In this document: one piece after another, positions 9,127-18,461 of the stretch | Position numbering within the stretch: the first letter of the stretch is position 1 | How the letters are laid out: each line of letters opens with the position of its first letter | Source: an uncultured Gammaproteobacteria bacterium | GTDB taxonomy: Bacteria > Pseudomonadota > Gammaproteobacteria > UBA4575 | DNA length: 37,726 nucleotides | Assembly (NCBI GenBank): GCA_963926275.1 | Contig: CAWUWP010000117.1 | Span: 1-37,726 of the forward strand | Direction of reading: 5' to 3' | Made by a program: the position numbers and the translations under genes | Notes under the pieces: generated by a model | Seen by the model: the letters and a program-made list of their open reading frames with translations, nothing else | What the model was told of the DNA's origin: nothing | The model's database searches: none

Positions 9127-9468
9127 GCCACTTGATATCTTGTTATTCTAGAATTAACTTGTGAACGGTACTGGCCTCAATTTCAAACCTTGCCATAGAC
9201 GGGTACCATCGCACTTTTTACTGACGTGACTAACACTGAGTTTAGATACAACAAGTATTGGCGACATCTTCAGTCCGGCACCCAGGTTAAAAGGTCTGCG
9301 TTGGGCATATCGTTTCTATTGGTGGGTATGTCGATGGTGTCAGGAAGTACACGGTTGATGTTAATGTCATTGTTCTATGGAATAACGTATATGATTAATT
9401 TAATTTATTGCCCTGAAGTTATGCGCAGCTTGTATAATTGAATACAAAGTCTATTTATAAAAGGAAAG

Positions 9469-9900
9469 TTGATGTTTCGCTTAATGTTAAGTTTGTTAGT
9501 TTCTGCGCTGAGTGTCTCTGCTGTGTATGCTGATGATAGTTTAATTTCAAAAGCAGCTCCTGATGCTAAAGTATATTTTATTGAACCGTTAGATGGCGCG
9601 CTGGTAAGTAAAACCTTCACGATCAAATTTGGTTTGAGTGGTATGGGTGTCGCCCCCGCAGGCACAGACCGTGAGCATACTGGGCATCATCATATTTTAA
9701 TCGATTTAGACGTACTGCCAGATATGACAGTTCCGTTACCGGCGAATGACCATGTAAAACACTTTGGCGGTGGACAGACAGAAACAACACTTACGTTAGA
9801 GCCCGGCACCCATACACTCCAGTTGCTACTGGGTAACCATATTCACATTCCTCATGATAACCCGATCATGTCAGAAAAAATCACCATTACTGTCGAGTAA
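9469..9900 (+). CDS. DUF4399 domain protein (secreted, His-rich)
   Basis: Signal peptide (LSLLVSALSVSAVYA). HTGHHHILID core and GTHTLQLLLGNHIHIPHD, characteristic of DUF4399. Confidence 0.75.
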   Translation: MMFRLMLSLLVSALSVSAVYADDSLISKAAPDAKVYFIEPLDGALVSKTFTIKFGLSGMGVAPAGTDREHTGHHHILIDLDVLPDMTVPLPANDHVKHFGGGQTETTLTLEPGTHTLQLLLGNHIHIPHDNPIMSEKITITVE

Positions 9901-9943
9901 GTTATTTTCGAAGTTATTGGTGGGGTTAAAATGAAGCACCATT

Positions 9944-9970
9944 AAAAAAGGCGGCAAAAGAATTGCCGCC
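9944..9970 (-). terminator. Rho-independent terminator of nrdB (hairpin between convergent genes)
   Basis: ggcggcaa-aagaa-ttgccgcc 8-bp GC-rich stem. On the minus strand it is followed by TTTTTT. A second small hairpin, ccaccgtgcggtgg, lies at 9980-9993. Confidence 0.75.
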
Positions 9971-10043
9971 TAAACTTTACCACCGTGCGGTGGTCCCATA
10001 ACGCTGTGTAAAAGGCTACTTTATCGGTAGCTCAATTATAGGC

Positions 10044-11252
10044 TTACCAAACAAGTGCTCCGCCAGTTTGGTATTCAGTAACACGCGTTTCAAAGAAGTT
10101 CTTTTCTTTCTTAAGGTCTAATACTTCAGACATCCATGGGAATGGATTAGTCGCACCTGGGTATTGTTCAGGTAAACCAATCTGTGAGCAACGACGGTTA
10201 GCAATGAAATGAAGGTACTCAGCAAACATATTCGCGTTTAAGCCAAGTATGCCGCGTGGCATGGTGTCTTGTGCGTATTGAATTTCTAGGTCGACTGCAT
10301 TAGTAATGAGATCAATCATTTCTTGTTGGAACTCTTTGCCCCAAAGATGTGGGTTTTCCACTTTGATTTGGTTGATAACATCAATGCCGAAGTTCATGTG
10401 CATAGATTCGTCACGCAAGATGTATTGGAATTGCTCAGCAACCCCGGTCATTTTATTGCGACGACCCATAGATAGAATTTGTACAAAGCCAACGTAGAAG
10501 AAGATACCTTCAAACACCACATAGAACGCAATCAAGTCGCGCAGTAAGCGTTGGTCCATTTCTGGTGTGCCAGTGGCGAAGTGCGGGTCACCTAGACTTT
10601 GGGTGAAGGGCAATGCCCACTCTGCTTTCTTAGCCACGGAAGGAACTTCACGATACATATTGAAGACTTCGCCTTCATCTAAACCTAATGACTCAATACA
10701 GTACTGATAAGCGTGTGTATGCACCGCTTCTTCAAAGGCTTGGCGTAATAAGTACTGGCGGCACTCAGGGTTAGTGATGTGCTTGTAAACCGCCAACACT
10801 AAGTTGTTGGCAACGAGAGAATCAGCAGTTGAGAAGAAACCTAAGTTACGCTTAATCACAGTACGCTCATCATCAGTTAGTCCATTTGGATCCTTCCAAA
10901 GGGCGATGTCTTGCGTCATGTTGATTTCTTGAGGCATCCAGTGGTTTGCACAACCATCCAGATATTTTTGCCATGCCCACTCATATTTGAATGGCACTAA
11001 CTGGTTAAGGTCAGCGCGGCAGTTAATAATCTTTTTGTCGTCAACACGAATACGCGCAGCACCCATTTCGATGCTTTCAAGTCCTGTAGCGCCAGCATCA
11101 GCGTCAAGCGCAGTTGTCACAAGGGTGGAGGCAGGGATAGTTTCATTGACTGCGGGTGTTTCAGCGGTAATGTTTACGTCTGAAGGTATGTTAGCAATAG
11201 CGTCTTGCTCTGCTGTATCTGCTTCTGCTAAGGGGTCGTCCCAATTGAGCAT
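10044..11252 (-). CDS. nrdB: Ribonucleoside-diphosphate reductase class Ia beta subunit (with Ala/Thr-rich N-terminal extension)
   Basis: Di-iron/tyrosyl-radical motifs ([25 protein letters not shown]). C-terminal tail ..[10 protein letters not shown]. Lies immediately downstream of nrdA. Confidence 0.95.
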   Translation of the reverse strand: MLNWDDPLAEADTAEQDAIANIPSDVNITAETPAVNETIPASTLVTTALDADAGATGLESIEMGAARIRVDDKKIINCRADLNQLVPFKYEWAWQKYLDGCANHWMPQEINMTQDIALWKDPNGLTDDERTVIKRNLGFFSTADSLVANNLVLAVYKHITNPECRQYLLRQAFEEAVHTHAYQYCIESLGLDEGEVFNMYREVPSVAKKAEWALPFTQSLGDPHFATGTPEMDQRLLRDLIAFYVVFEGIFFYVGFVQILSMGRRNKMTGVAEQFQYILRDESMHMNFGIDVINQIKVENPHLWGKEFQQEMIDLITNAVDLEIQYAQDTMPRGILGLNANMFAEYLHFIANRRCSQIGLPEQYPGATNPFPWMSEVLDLKKEKNFFETRVTEYQTGGALVW

Positions 11253-11291
11253 TTGGTTGTTCTCCGAATTATTATAGTGATAGCAGAGAGT

Positions 11292-11319
11292 GCGTTGCTG
11301 TTATCGCTAACAACAACGC
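11292..11319 (-). other. Intercistronic stem-loop between nrdA and nrdB
   Basis: gcgttgctgtta-tcgc-taacaacaacgc. 12-bp stem (11/12 paired) with a 4-nt loop, inside the 147-bp nrdA-nrdB spacer. Confidence 0.5.
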
Positions 11320-11399
11320 TGTCTCCTATTTGCAGGGCGCTTGTGGTGCCCCTTCTCCTCTAGTTGCGTTTCCGCAAACTTTTACTTCTAGTTCTCTAC

Positions 11400-14288
11400 T
11401 TATTGGCAAGCGTCACAATCAGGATCAAGTAATGAACATGCACTAGGTGCAGCACTTGCAGGTACAGAATCTGATTGTTGTACGGCGTTGAGTTTGCTTT
11501 CCTGGTGGTTTTCCATGGTGCTTTTCTCTACGTGTGTCGCACCCATCGAACGTAGGTAGTAGGTGGTCTTTAATCCACGTACCCAAGCTAACTTATACAG
11601 GTTGTCCATCTTCTGTCCGGAGGGTTCAGCCATATATAGGTTGAGCGATTGTCCTTGATCAAGCCATTTCTGACGACGTGAGGCAGCTTCAATTAACCAG
11701 CGTGGATCAACTTCAAAAGCAGTTTTATAAATGTTCTTAACTTCGTCAGGGACACGATCAATATTTTGCACACTACCATCGTAGTACTTAAGGTCATTGA
11801 TCATGACGTTATCCCACAAATTGTGTCGTTTAAGATCAGAAATGAGGTATGGGTTAGCGACCGTGAACTCACCTGATAAGTTCGATTTCACAAATAAGTT
11901 TTGGTAAGTCGGCTCAATACTTTGAGTGACACCGCAAATATTAGAAATAGTCGCAGTCGGTGCAATTGCCATGGTGTTTGAGTTGCGAATACCCACTGTC
12001 TTCACGCGTGTACGCAATGTTTCCCAATCCAGGGTGGTAGAACGATCTACTTTCAAGAAGCCGCCACGTTCTTTCTCAAGTAAGTCAATTGAGTCGATAG
12101 GCAAAATACCTTGAGACCATAATGAGCCTTCATAAGATAAGTAAGCACCACGTTCAGCAGCAAGATCTGTTGATGCTTGAATTGCGTAGTAGCTGATAGT
12201 CTCCATAGACACATCAGCAAACTCAACGGCTTGCTCACTTGCGTAAGGAATACGTAACTTATATAGCGCATCTTGGAAGCCCATCAGACCTAAACCAATA
12301 GGACGATGACGCAAGTTAGAAGTACGCGCTTTGTTAACGCTGTAATAGTTGTAGTCGATGACGTTATCGAGCATACGAATCGCAGTGTTAATAGTCTTTT
12401 GTAACTTGTCTGTGTCTAGCCCGTTCTCAGTCGTATGAGCTGCTAAGTTAACTGAACCTAAGTTACATACAGCGATTTCATCATCAGATGTATTTAATGT
12501 GATCTCAGTACATAAGTTGGATGAGTGAACTGTGCCAACATGTCCTTGTGGCGAACGAATATTGCAAGGATCTTTGAAGGTGATCCAAGGGTGGCCCGTT
12601 TCATACAGCATGCCTAACATTTTTCGCCATAGGTCAGCCGCAGGAATTCGTTTGTAGTTTTTCAATTCACCTGCATCGGCAAGTTGTTCATACTCACAGT
12701 AGCGAGTTTCAAACTTTGCACCGTATAAATCGTGTAAGTCTGGGGTATCGTCAGGGGAGAACAATGTCCAGCCACCTTCTTCGCTAACACGCTTCATGAA
12801 TAAGTCAGGAATCCAGTTGGCGGTATTCATGTCATGAGTACGACGACGATCATCACCTGTGTTCTTGCGTAAATCCAAAAACTCTTCGATATCTAAATGC
12901 CAAGTCTCTAAGTAAGCACACATTGCACCTTTGCGTTTACCACCTTGGTTAACAGCTACTGCGGTGTCGTTGGCAACTTTAAGGAAAGGCACCACACCTT
13001 GTGATTTGCCATTAGTGCCTTTAATGTGCGAGCCCATGGAGCGAACGCGTGTCCAGTCATTGCCTAGTCCGCCGGCAAATTTAGACAGCATAGCGTCGTC
13101 TTTAATCGCATCAAATATTCCGTGAAGATTATCTGGCACAGTGGTGAGGTAACACGATGATAACTGAGGTCGTAATGTGCCTGAATTAAATAATGTGGGT
13201 GTCGAGCTCATGAAGTCAAACGAAGATAATAAGCGATAAAATTCAATGGTACGTTTTTCACGCTCAATTTCGTTGATCGCTAATCCCATTGCCACGCGCA
13301 TAAAGAATACTTGAGGTAATTCTATGCGAGTGCCTGCTTCGGTATGAATGAAATAACGGTCATAAAGTGTTTGTAAGCCAAGATAAGTGAACTGGTAATC
13401 ACGAGAAGGCTCTAATGCTTTGCCGAGTGCTTTTAAGTCGTAGTCTTTGGCTAGTTTAGAGTCGATTAGCTCCAGCTTTGCTGCTTCTTCGATGTAATTT
13501 TCAAAGTAGATCGCGTACTCCGTATCCATTTCTTTCTGAGTGGCTTGGCTAGGCTTACCATTGACGTGGCTGAGTGCTTCGCAACGAAGGTTATCTAGTA
13601 GTAAACGTGCGGCAACATAAGAGTAGTTAGGCTCACGTTCAATCAGCGTACGTGCACTCATGGTGACGGCAGTAGAAACATCACTTTCTGGCACACCATC
13701 AAAAAGATTACGTAGTGTTTCATCAATAATAGGTTGTGCTGACACGTTATCTAAATTGCGGCAGGCATCTTCTATAACTGTAGTAAGTCTATGAATATCA
13801 AGAGGTTTTACTTTCCCATTGGCGTCAGTAACATTGATGCTAATACCACCTGCGCTAGAGGCTGCAGTCTCTTTAGTTTCAGCGCGTTCTTGTGTACGTC
13901 GCTCACGATAAAGCACGTAATCACGCGCTACTTTATGGTGGCCTTCTCTCATTAATGCCAGTTCTACCTGGTCTTGAATATCTTCGATATGGAAGGTGCC
14001 ACCATCGGGCTTATTACGAGTCAGCGCGTTTTCCACATAGGTGCTCAACTGGTCGACTGTGTCATGAACACGAGTAGAGGCAGCGGCTTCTCCACCTTCT
14101 ACGGCTAGGAATGCTTTGGTGACAGCAATTTTGATTTTGTCACGGTCAAAACTAGTGACTTTTCCATTACGGCGAATAACGCGGTAATGGCCGGGTGCAG
14201 TAGATTGTAATTCTAGCTCGCTGGGAGCATCAGCGAGGGGTGTGGCGTGACTATTTTCTTGAGATGATGTTGTATTATTAGATTGCAT
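11400..14288 (-). CDS. nrdA: Ribonucleoside-diphosphate reductase class Ia alpha subunit (long form, extended N-terminal ATP-cone region)
   Basis: 962 aa. ATP-cone region (VIRRNGKVTSFDRDKI). Catalytic NLCTEI and SNTMAIAPTATIS motifs. C-terminal redox Cys pair (CSLLDPDCDACQ). Confidence 0.96.
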   Translation of the reverse strand: MQSNNTTSSQENSHATPLADAPSELELQSTAPGHYRVIRRNGKVTSFDRDKIKIAVTKAFLAVEGGEAAASTRVHDTVDQLSTYVENALTRNKPDGGTFHIEDIQDQVELALMREGHHKVARDYVLYRERRTQERAETKETAASSAGGISINVTDANGKVKPLDIHRLTTVIEDACRNLDNVSAQPIIDETLRNLFDGVPESDVSTAVTMSARTLIEREPNYSYVAARLLLDNLRCEALSHVNGKPSQATQKEMDTEYAIYFENYIEEAAKLELIDSKLAKDYDLKALGKALEPSRDYQFTYLGLQTLYDRYFIHTEAGTRIELPQVFFMRVAMGLAINEIEREKRTIEFYRLLSSFDFMSSTPTLFNSGTLRPQLSSCYLTTVPDNLHGIFDAIKDDAMLSKFAGGLGNDWTRVRSMGSHIKGTNGKSQGVVPFLKVANDTAVAVNQGGKRKGAMCAYLETWHLDIEEFLDLRKNTGDDRRRTHDMNTANWIPDLFMKRVSEEGGWTLFSPDDTPDLHDLYGAKFETRYCEYEQLADAGELKNYKRIPAADLWRKMLGMLYETGHPWITFKDPCNIRSPQGHVGTVHSSNLCTEITLNTSDDEIAVCNLGSVNLAAHTTENGLDTDKLQKTINTAIRMLDNVIDYNYYSVNKARTSNLRHRPIGLGLMGFQDALYKLRIPYASEQAVEFADVSMETISYYAIQASTDLAAERGAYLSYEGSLWSQGILPIDSIDLLEKERGGFLKVDRSTTLDWETLRTRVKTVGIRNSNTMAIAPTATISNICGVTQSIEPTYQNLFVKSNLSGEFTVANPYLISDLKRHNLWDNVMINDLKYYDGSVQNIDRVPDEVKNIYKTAFEVDPRWLIEAASRRQKWLDQGQSLNLYMAEPSGQKMDNLYKLAWVRGLKTTYYLRSMGATHVEKSTMENHQESKLNAVQQSDSVPASAAPSACSLLDPDCDACQ

Positions 14289-14370
14289 TAATAGTCTCTT
14301 GGAACTTTATGATTATTTATAGATTTTTTATTTTTCAAAGGAACGAAAGTGCGCGCCTCCCAACCAAGGA

Positions 14371-14445
14371 ACACTATAAGTTGAGGTAGGAGGAGTCGTC
14401 AACCCCAATATGTTGTGGATAGAGGTGTCAGTAAGCTGTGGATAA
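14371..14445 (-). promoter_or_regulatory. nrdAB promoter with tandem NrdR boxes and DnaA boxes
   Basis: Read on the minus strand. -35 TTGACG (14397-14402), 18-nt spacer, -10 TATAGT (14373-14378). NrdR-box-like 16-mers cctcaacttatagtgt (14371-14386) and ccacaacatattgggg (14403-14418), each 12/16 to acaCwAtATaTwGtgt, with starts 32 bp apart. Perfect DnaA box TTATCCACA (14437-14445) and a one-mismatch box CTATCCACA (14414-14422). Confidence 0.6.
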
Positions 14446-14607
14446 CTTGTGTAATAGGCAACTCAAAATAAAAATAATGTGTACTATCGAGCACTTACGA
14501 TTTTTAAGTAAAAGAAGAATGAGCTAAAACTAGTTGAAGAAATCAAATAGAAATTTTTTATTAATTTCTTCAGAAACATTAATTTTTAAAAGGAATAAAC
14601 AAGTGTC

Positions 14608-16410
14608 ATGAAGGGAATCCATGCGCGCACCGAAGATCCGCATAAAACTCGCACAGATTGGAGAAATTTACGCCGACTGTTCCCTTATCTGTGGGAATTC
14701 CGTGGGCGTATATTGCTTGCGCTGAGCTGTTTAATGGCAGCAAAAGTGGCCACTGTGGCAGTGCCATTAGTGCTTAAACATATCGTTGATTCGCTTGATA
14801 TGGAACAAATCGCTTTGCAGCTGCCGATTGTGTTGTTGCTAGGTTACGGTGCATTGCGCCTTTCCACTGGATTATTCAATGAATTACGAGATGTATTTTT
14901 TGCACGTGCGCGCTTTCATGCGATCAGGCGTTTGTCGTCTGAGGTGTTGGCTCATCTGCACCAATTATCTCTGCGCTTTCATTTAGACCGTCGCACTGGC
15001 TCGGTCACACGCGATTTAGAGCGTGGCACTCAGAGTCTCAGTTCTTTATCAAACTATTTTGTATTTATCGTGTTTCCAACGATATTTGAAATAACCTTGG
15101 TAACGGCCATTTTATTTGGTTCTTATGATGTGCAATTTACGTTGATTACGTTATCTACCATCACTGTATACGTTATGTTCACAGTCATGTTTACCAACTG
15201 GCGGATGCATTATCGCCACCTGGCTAACAAGTTGGACTCTCAAGCGCACTCGCAAGCGGTCGATAGCTTGCTAAATTATGAAACAGTTAAATATTTTAAT
15301 AATGAAAAATATGAAGTCGATAGATATGCCGACACATTAAGTGAGTGGGAGCAGGCTTCAGTAAAAAGCACTTTCACAATGTCGTTATTAAATTTTGGCC
15401 AGGCAGTCATTATTGCGCTAGGTGTTACGGGGATCATGATATTTGCCGCGCAAGGCGTGGTGGCAGGGGAGATGACTATTGGTGACTTGGTGCTGGTTAA
15501 TGCATTAATGCTACAACTATTTGTGCCTATGAGCATGCTGGGGATTGTGTATCGACAAATTACTTATTCGCTCGCCGATATGGATATGTTGGCTAAGCTA
15601 TTAGAAGAGTCACCAGAAGTACAAGACCAACCCAATGCTAGCGATCTAAAAATAACTAATGGCGAAATACGATTTGATGAGGTGAGCTTTTCCTATACAC
15701 CTGATCGAAAAATACTCGACAAAGTCTCATTAGAAATTAAGCCAGGAGAAAAAGTGGCCATTGTCGGTCCTTCAGGTTCGGGTAAATCGACGATTGCACG
15801 CTTGTTATTTCGATTTTATGACGTTAGTGAAGGTGGCATATTTGTGGATGGAGAAAATATTGCTAGTTGCAGTCAAGATAGTTTGCGTACTCATGTCAGC
15901 ATGGTGCCCCAAGACACCATGCTGTTTAACGAAACTATTCGTTTCAATATTCAGTATGGGAATCCAAAAGCCAGTGAGCAGGATCTCCTGCAGTCGGTGT
16001 CGTTGGCCAATTTAGATAAATTGATCGCTAAGTTGCCTGACGGATTGGATACTGTCGTTGGTGAGCGCGGATTGAAGTTGTCTGGCGGCGAAGTGCAACG
16101 TGTGGCGATTGCACGTGCCATTTTGAAGAAGCCAAAAATTATTGTATTTGATGAAGCGACGTCTAGTCTGGATACAAATACCGAAGTAGCCGTGATGAAG
16201 GCGATTAGAAAGGTCACTAACAATGTTACGTCATTGATGATTGCGCATCGCTTATCGACGATAGTGGATGCCGATAAAATATACGTGGTGGATTCAGGAA
16301 AAGTAGTTGAACAGGGCACTCATGCTCAACTACTGGCAGGGAATCAGCTATACTCGCAGTTATGGGCCTTGCAACAAAAAGACTCAGAAAAAGACCAACC
16401 CACCAGTTAA
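14608..16410 (+). CDS. ABC transporter permease/ATPase fusion, ATM1/HMT1 (AtmA)-type exporter
   Basis: 600 aa. N-terminal 6-TM domain. Walker A GPSGSGKST, signature LSGGEVQR, Walker B IIVFDEATSSLD. N-terminal RRLFPYLWEF typical of the ATM1 clade. Confidence 0.85.
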   Translation: MKGIHARTEDPHKTRTDWRNLRRLFPYLWEFRGRILLALSCLMAAKVATVAVPLVLKHIVDSLDMEQIALQLPIVLLLGYGALRLSTGLFNELRDVFFARARFHAIRRLSSEVLAHLHQLSLRFHLDRRTGSVTRDLERGTQSLSSLSNYFVFIVFPTIFEITLVTAILFGSYDVQFTLITLSTITVYVMFTVMFTNWRMHYRHLANKLDSQAHSQAVDSLLNYETVKYFNNEKYEVDRYADTLSEWEQASVKSTFTMSLLNFGQAVIIALGVTGIMIFAAQGVVAGEMTIGDLVLVNALMLQLFVPMSMLGIVYRQITYSLADMDMLAKLLEESPEVQDQPNASDLKITNGEIRFDEVSFSYTPDRKILDKVSLEIKPGEKVAIVGPSGSGKSTIARLLFRFYDVSEGGIFVDGENIASCSQDSLRTHVSMVPQDTMLFNETIRFNIQYGNPKASEQDLLQSVSLANLDKLIAKLPDGLDTVVGERGLKLSGGEVQRVAIARAILKKPKIIVFDEATSSLDTNTEVAVMKAIRKVTNNVTSLMIAHRLSTIVDADKIYVVDSGKVVEQGTHAQLLAGNQLYSQLWALQQKDSEKDQPTS

Positions 16411-16416
16411 AAAATT

Positions 16417-16761
16417 ATGAGTGACGAATCTGAATTATTAGAGCTTGATGCTAGCGGTGGCTGTGCGAGCGATGAGCCGTTTGCATTACGCGTACTTGGC
16501 GATAGCATGGAGCCAGAGTTTAAAGATGGTTGCATTATTATCATTGATCCTGCTGCCAATGTAGAAAATGGTAGGTATGTTATTGCCGAAATAGATGGAG
16601 AATATATTTTCCGCCAACTAATGCAGGAAGGTGAAAAGTTTTTCTTGCAGGCAATTAACCCGGGTTACAAGCCGGTTGAAATAGAAGGCGCAAGCGTTGT
16701 TCGTGGAGTGATTACACAAAGAGCAGGCGCCAGAAGGACATACCACAAGCACTACGATTAA
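16417..16761 (+). CDS. Stand-alone S24 (LexA/UmuD-like) peptidase domain protein without a DNA-binding domain
   Basis: 114 aa. LRVLGDSMEPEFKDGCIIIIDP contains the Ser nucleophile motif. Where UmuD/LexA carry the catalytic Lys (TVKKL/TVKRL), this protein reads IFRQL. Starts 7 nt after the ABC gene. Confidence 0.7.
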   Translation: MSDESELLELDASGGCASDEPFALRVLGDSMEPEFKDGCIIIIDPAANVENGRYVIAEIDGEYIFRQLMQEGEKFFLQAINPGYKPVEIEGASVVRGVITQRAGARRTYHKHYD

Positions 16762-16969
16762 TATCCTGGTCATTCCCATGTGGATGGGAATCCAGCCACG
16801 CTGAATAAGATGCCAGCGTGTACTTAAACTCCACTCAACCTGTTCCTATGCTAGATTTTCGTGTCGACAACTGCTCTTTGGGTGGTTCTACCTTCTGCAT
16901 CCATGCCGTCCGTACGAGGGAATAACGTCAAGCCCTGTTGGAAGTATGTTTGCTTGAAGCAGCAAAAAA

Positions 16970-17137
16970 TTATTTTTGATAGCGATTAAAAAATTTCACG
17001 TATAGAAAAAATAATAAAAGATACGCTGCAATCAGCGATAAATTTTGGCCGGTGGTCAGGCTGGGGATATTAAGTGTGACAACACTCGCCAGCATCACGG
17101 CCACTAATGCGAATCGATTTCTTTGCCAAGGTTTCAT
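16970..17137 (-). CDS. Small hypothetical membrane protein
   Basis: I trimmed the ORF to the internal Met (MKPWQRNRFALVAVMLASVVTLNIP...LIAAYLLLFFLYV). Two hydrophobic helices. No family recognised. Confidence 0.3.
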   Translation of the reverse strand: MKPWQRNRFALVAVMLASVVTLNIPSLTTGQNLSLIAAYLLLFFLYVKFFNRYQK

Positions 17138-17344
17138 TTGTATAGTACGGATGAGCTTTGTAAGTTTAAAAGAGCAGCCATCAGAGCAGTCACTTAAGCT
17201 AGAGATGTAACCATAGATAGTGCTAATCAGAAAATAACACTTAATTAACAATAATAGAGCCTAAGTACACGCTTTACACATGAAGTCGTCAAGTTAAACA
17301 ACACTACCATGTGGTTTGTATAGGCTGAGTTGAGGTTGTGTAGC

Positions 17345-17785
17345 TTAGGTTGCCTTGGGTCGCAAATATTCTTCGGCATGGTCGCCATCAACTTGCTGTG
17401 TGTGTTGGTCTATCATCGGTTGGTCATAGTCATTCCAGCCACGCAAACCGGTTTTCAGTGAGCACGCATACTTGAAGCCAAGTTGCTTGAGAGTGAAAGC
17501 CGCCATGCAACTGCGTTTACCAGAACGACAGATGACCACAATGTTTTTATCACGCGCATTGGATAATTCGGGATCAGTTTCGTCGTAGCCTGCTTCTGAT
17601 GCAGCCTCGAGAATGCCGCGTGGAATGTTAATTGAATTGGCAATATGCATGGCGTGAAATTCATCGGCTTCACGCACATCGATTAATAACAAAGTTTCAT
17701 TGTTATTAAATTTTTGTTCGAGATCCCAAGGCATTAACTCACTAATGTGCCTGGCCGCATCCGCGGCCAGCTGGTCATACGTCTT
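17345..17785 (-). CDS. Single-domain rhodanese sulfurtransferase
   Basis: LLIDVREADEF...IPRG and active-site loop CRSGKRS. I chose the start at MKTYDQ (17785) to avoid overlap with the upstream regulator, which leaves a 10-nt gap. Confidence 0.8.
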   Translation of the reverse strand, partial: KTYDQLAADAARHISELMPWDLEQKFNNNETLLLIDVREADEFHAMHIANSINIPRGILEAASEAGYDETDPELSNARDKNIVVICRSGKRSCMAAFTLKQLGFKYACSLKTGLRGWNDYDQPMIDQHTQQVDGDHAEEYLRPKAT

Positions 17786-17795
17786 CATGGCTAAA

Positions 17796-18461
17796 CTATA
17801 GCGGTGTTTTTTTAGCACGAAGCCCTTGTTCAACGGCTATCACAGCCGCTTCTACGCGAGAATGAATATTTAATTTGCGTAGAATCGCTTTTACGTGCAA
17901 TTTCACTGTGCCATCAGATATACCTAAGTTTCTGGCAATGACTTTATTGCTTTGGCCTTCAGCTAATAGACTTAGAATTTCAGCTTCTCGAGGAGTTAAA
18001 TCATCAATAGGGCTAGGTTCAGACTCTAAGATAGGTTCGCCTTTGACAACACGCGCTAATATCTGCGTTAGATTTGGCGCAACCACGGTTTCACCTTTAA
18101 CAATTTCACGTAATGCCGCGACCACGTCATCAGGTTCCATGTCTTTTAGTAAATAGCCTTTTGCACCATTGCGTAACGCTTCAACTAAATCGCGTTCGTC
18201 ATTACTGGTGGTAAGCATGGCAATTGGTGCTTCAAATTTATTCTGCTGCAATTGCTTTAATACATCTAAGCCAGAAAGGCTGGGCATGCGCATATCGAGC
18301 AAAATAATATCTGGTTTTAATTCTTGAGCTAGGCGTATGCCCTCGTTGCCATCGCCTAATGAGCCAATAACATCAATATTATGTCGTTCCAGTAGGCCTT
18401 GTAGGCCATCCCTGAAGAGAGTGTGATCATCAATAATCAATACGCGTAGGTTAGAGCTCAT
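17796..18461 (-). CDS. NarL/FixJ-family response regulator (REC + LuxR-type HTH)
   Basis: VLIIDDH...DIILLDMRMP receiver motifs. C-terminal LTPREAEILSLLAEGQSNKVIARNLGISDGTVKLHVKAIL. Confidence 0.92.
   Translation of the reverse strand: MSSNLRVLIIDDHTLFRDGLQGLLERHNIDVIGSLGDGNEGIRLAQELKPDIILLDMRMPSLSGLDVLKQLQQNKFEAPIAMLTTSNDERDLVEALRNGAKGYLLKDMEPDDVVAALREIVKGETVVAPNLTQILARVVKGEPILESEPSPIDDLTPREAEILSLLAEGQSNKVIARNLGISDGTVKLHVKAILRKLNIHSRVEAAVIAVEQGLRAKKTPL

Noticed and set aside
9226-9441. 71-aa plus-strand ORF upstream of the DUF4399 gene
   Set aside because: It has a GTG start, no SD and a low-complexity hydrophobic product, and it sits in a promoter-like AT-rich spacer. It is probably spurious.
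10306-14077. Multiple 60-96-aa ORFs antisense to, or out of frame within, nrdA/nrdB. Similar shadow ORFs lie inside dinB, metG, mgtE, the ABC gene and the GltS-like gene.
   Set aside because: They are embedded in long, confidently assigned genes, have biased compositions typical of antisense frames, and lack start-site signals.
17786-17833. Longer N-terminus of the rhodanese ORF (MNKGFVLKKHRYSLA..)
   Set aside because: It would overlap the response-regulator 3' end by 38 nt. The internal Met at 17785 gives a normal rhodanese N-terminus and a 10-nt gap.
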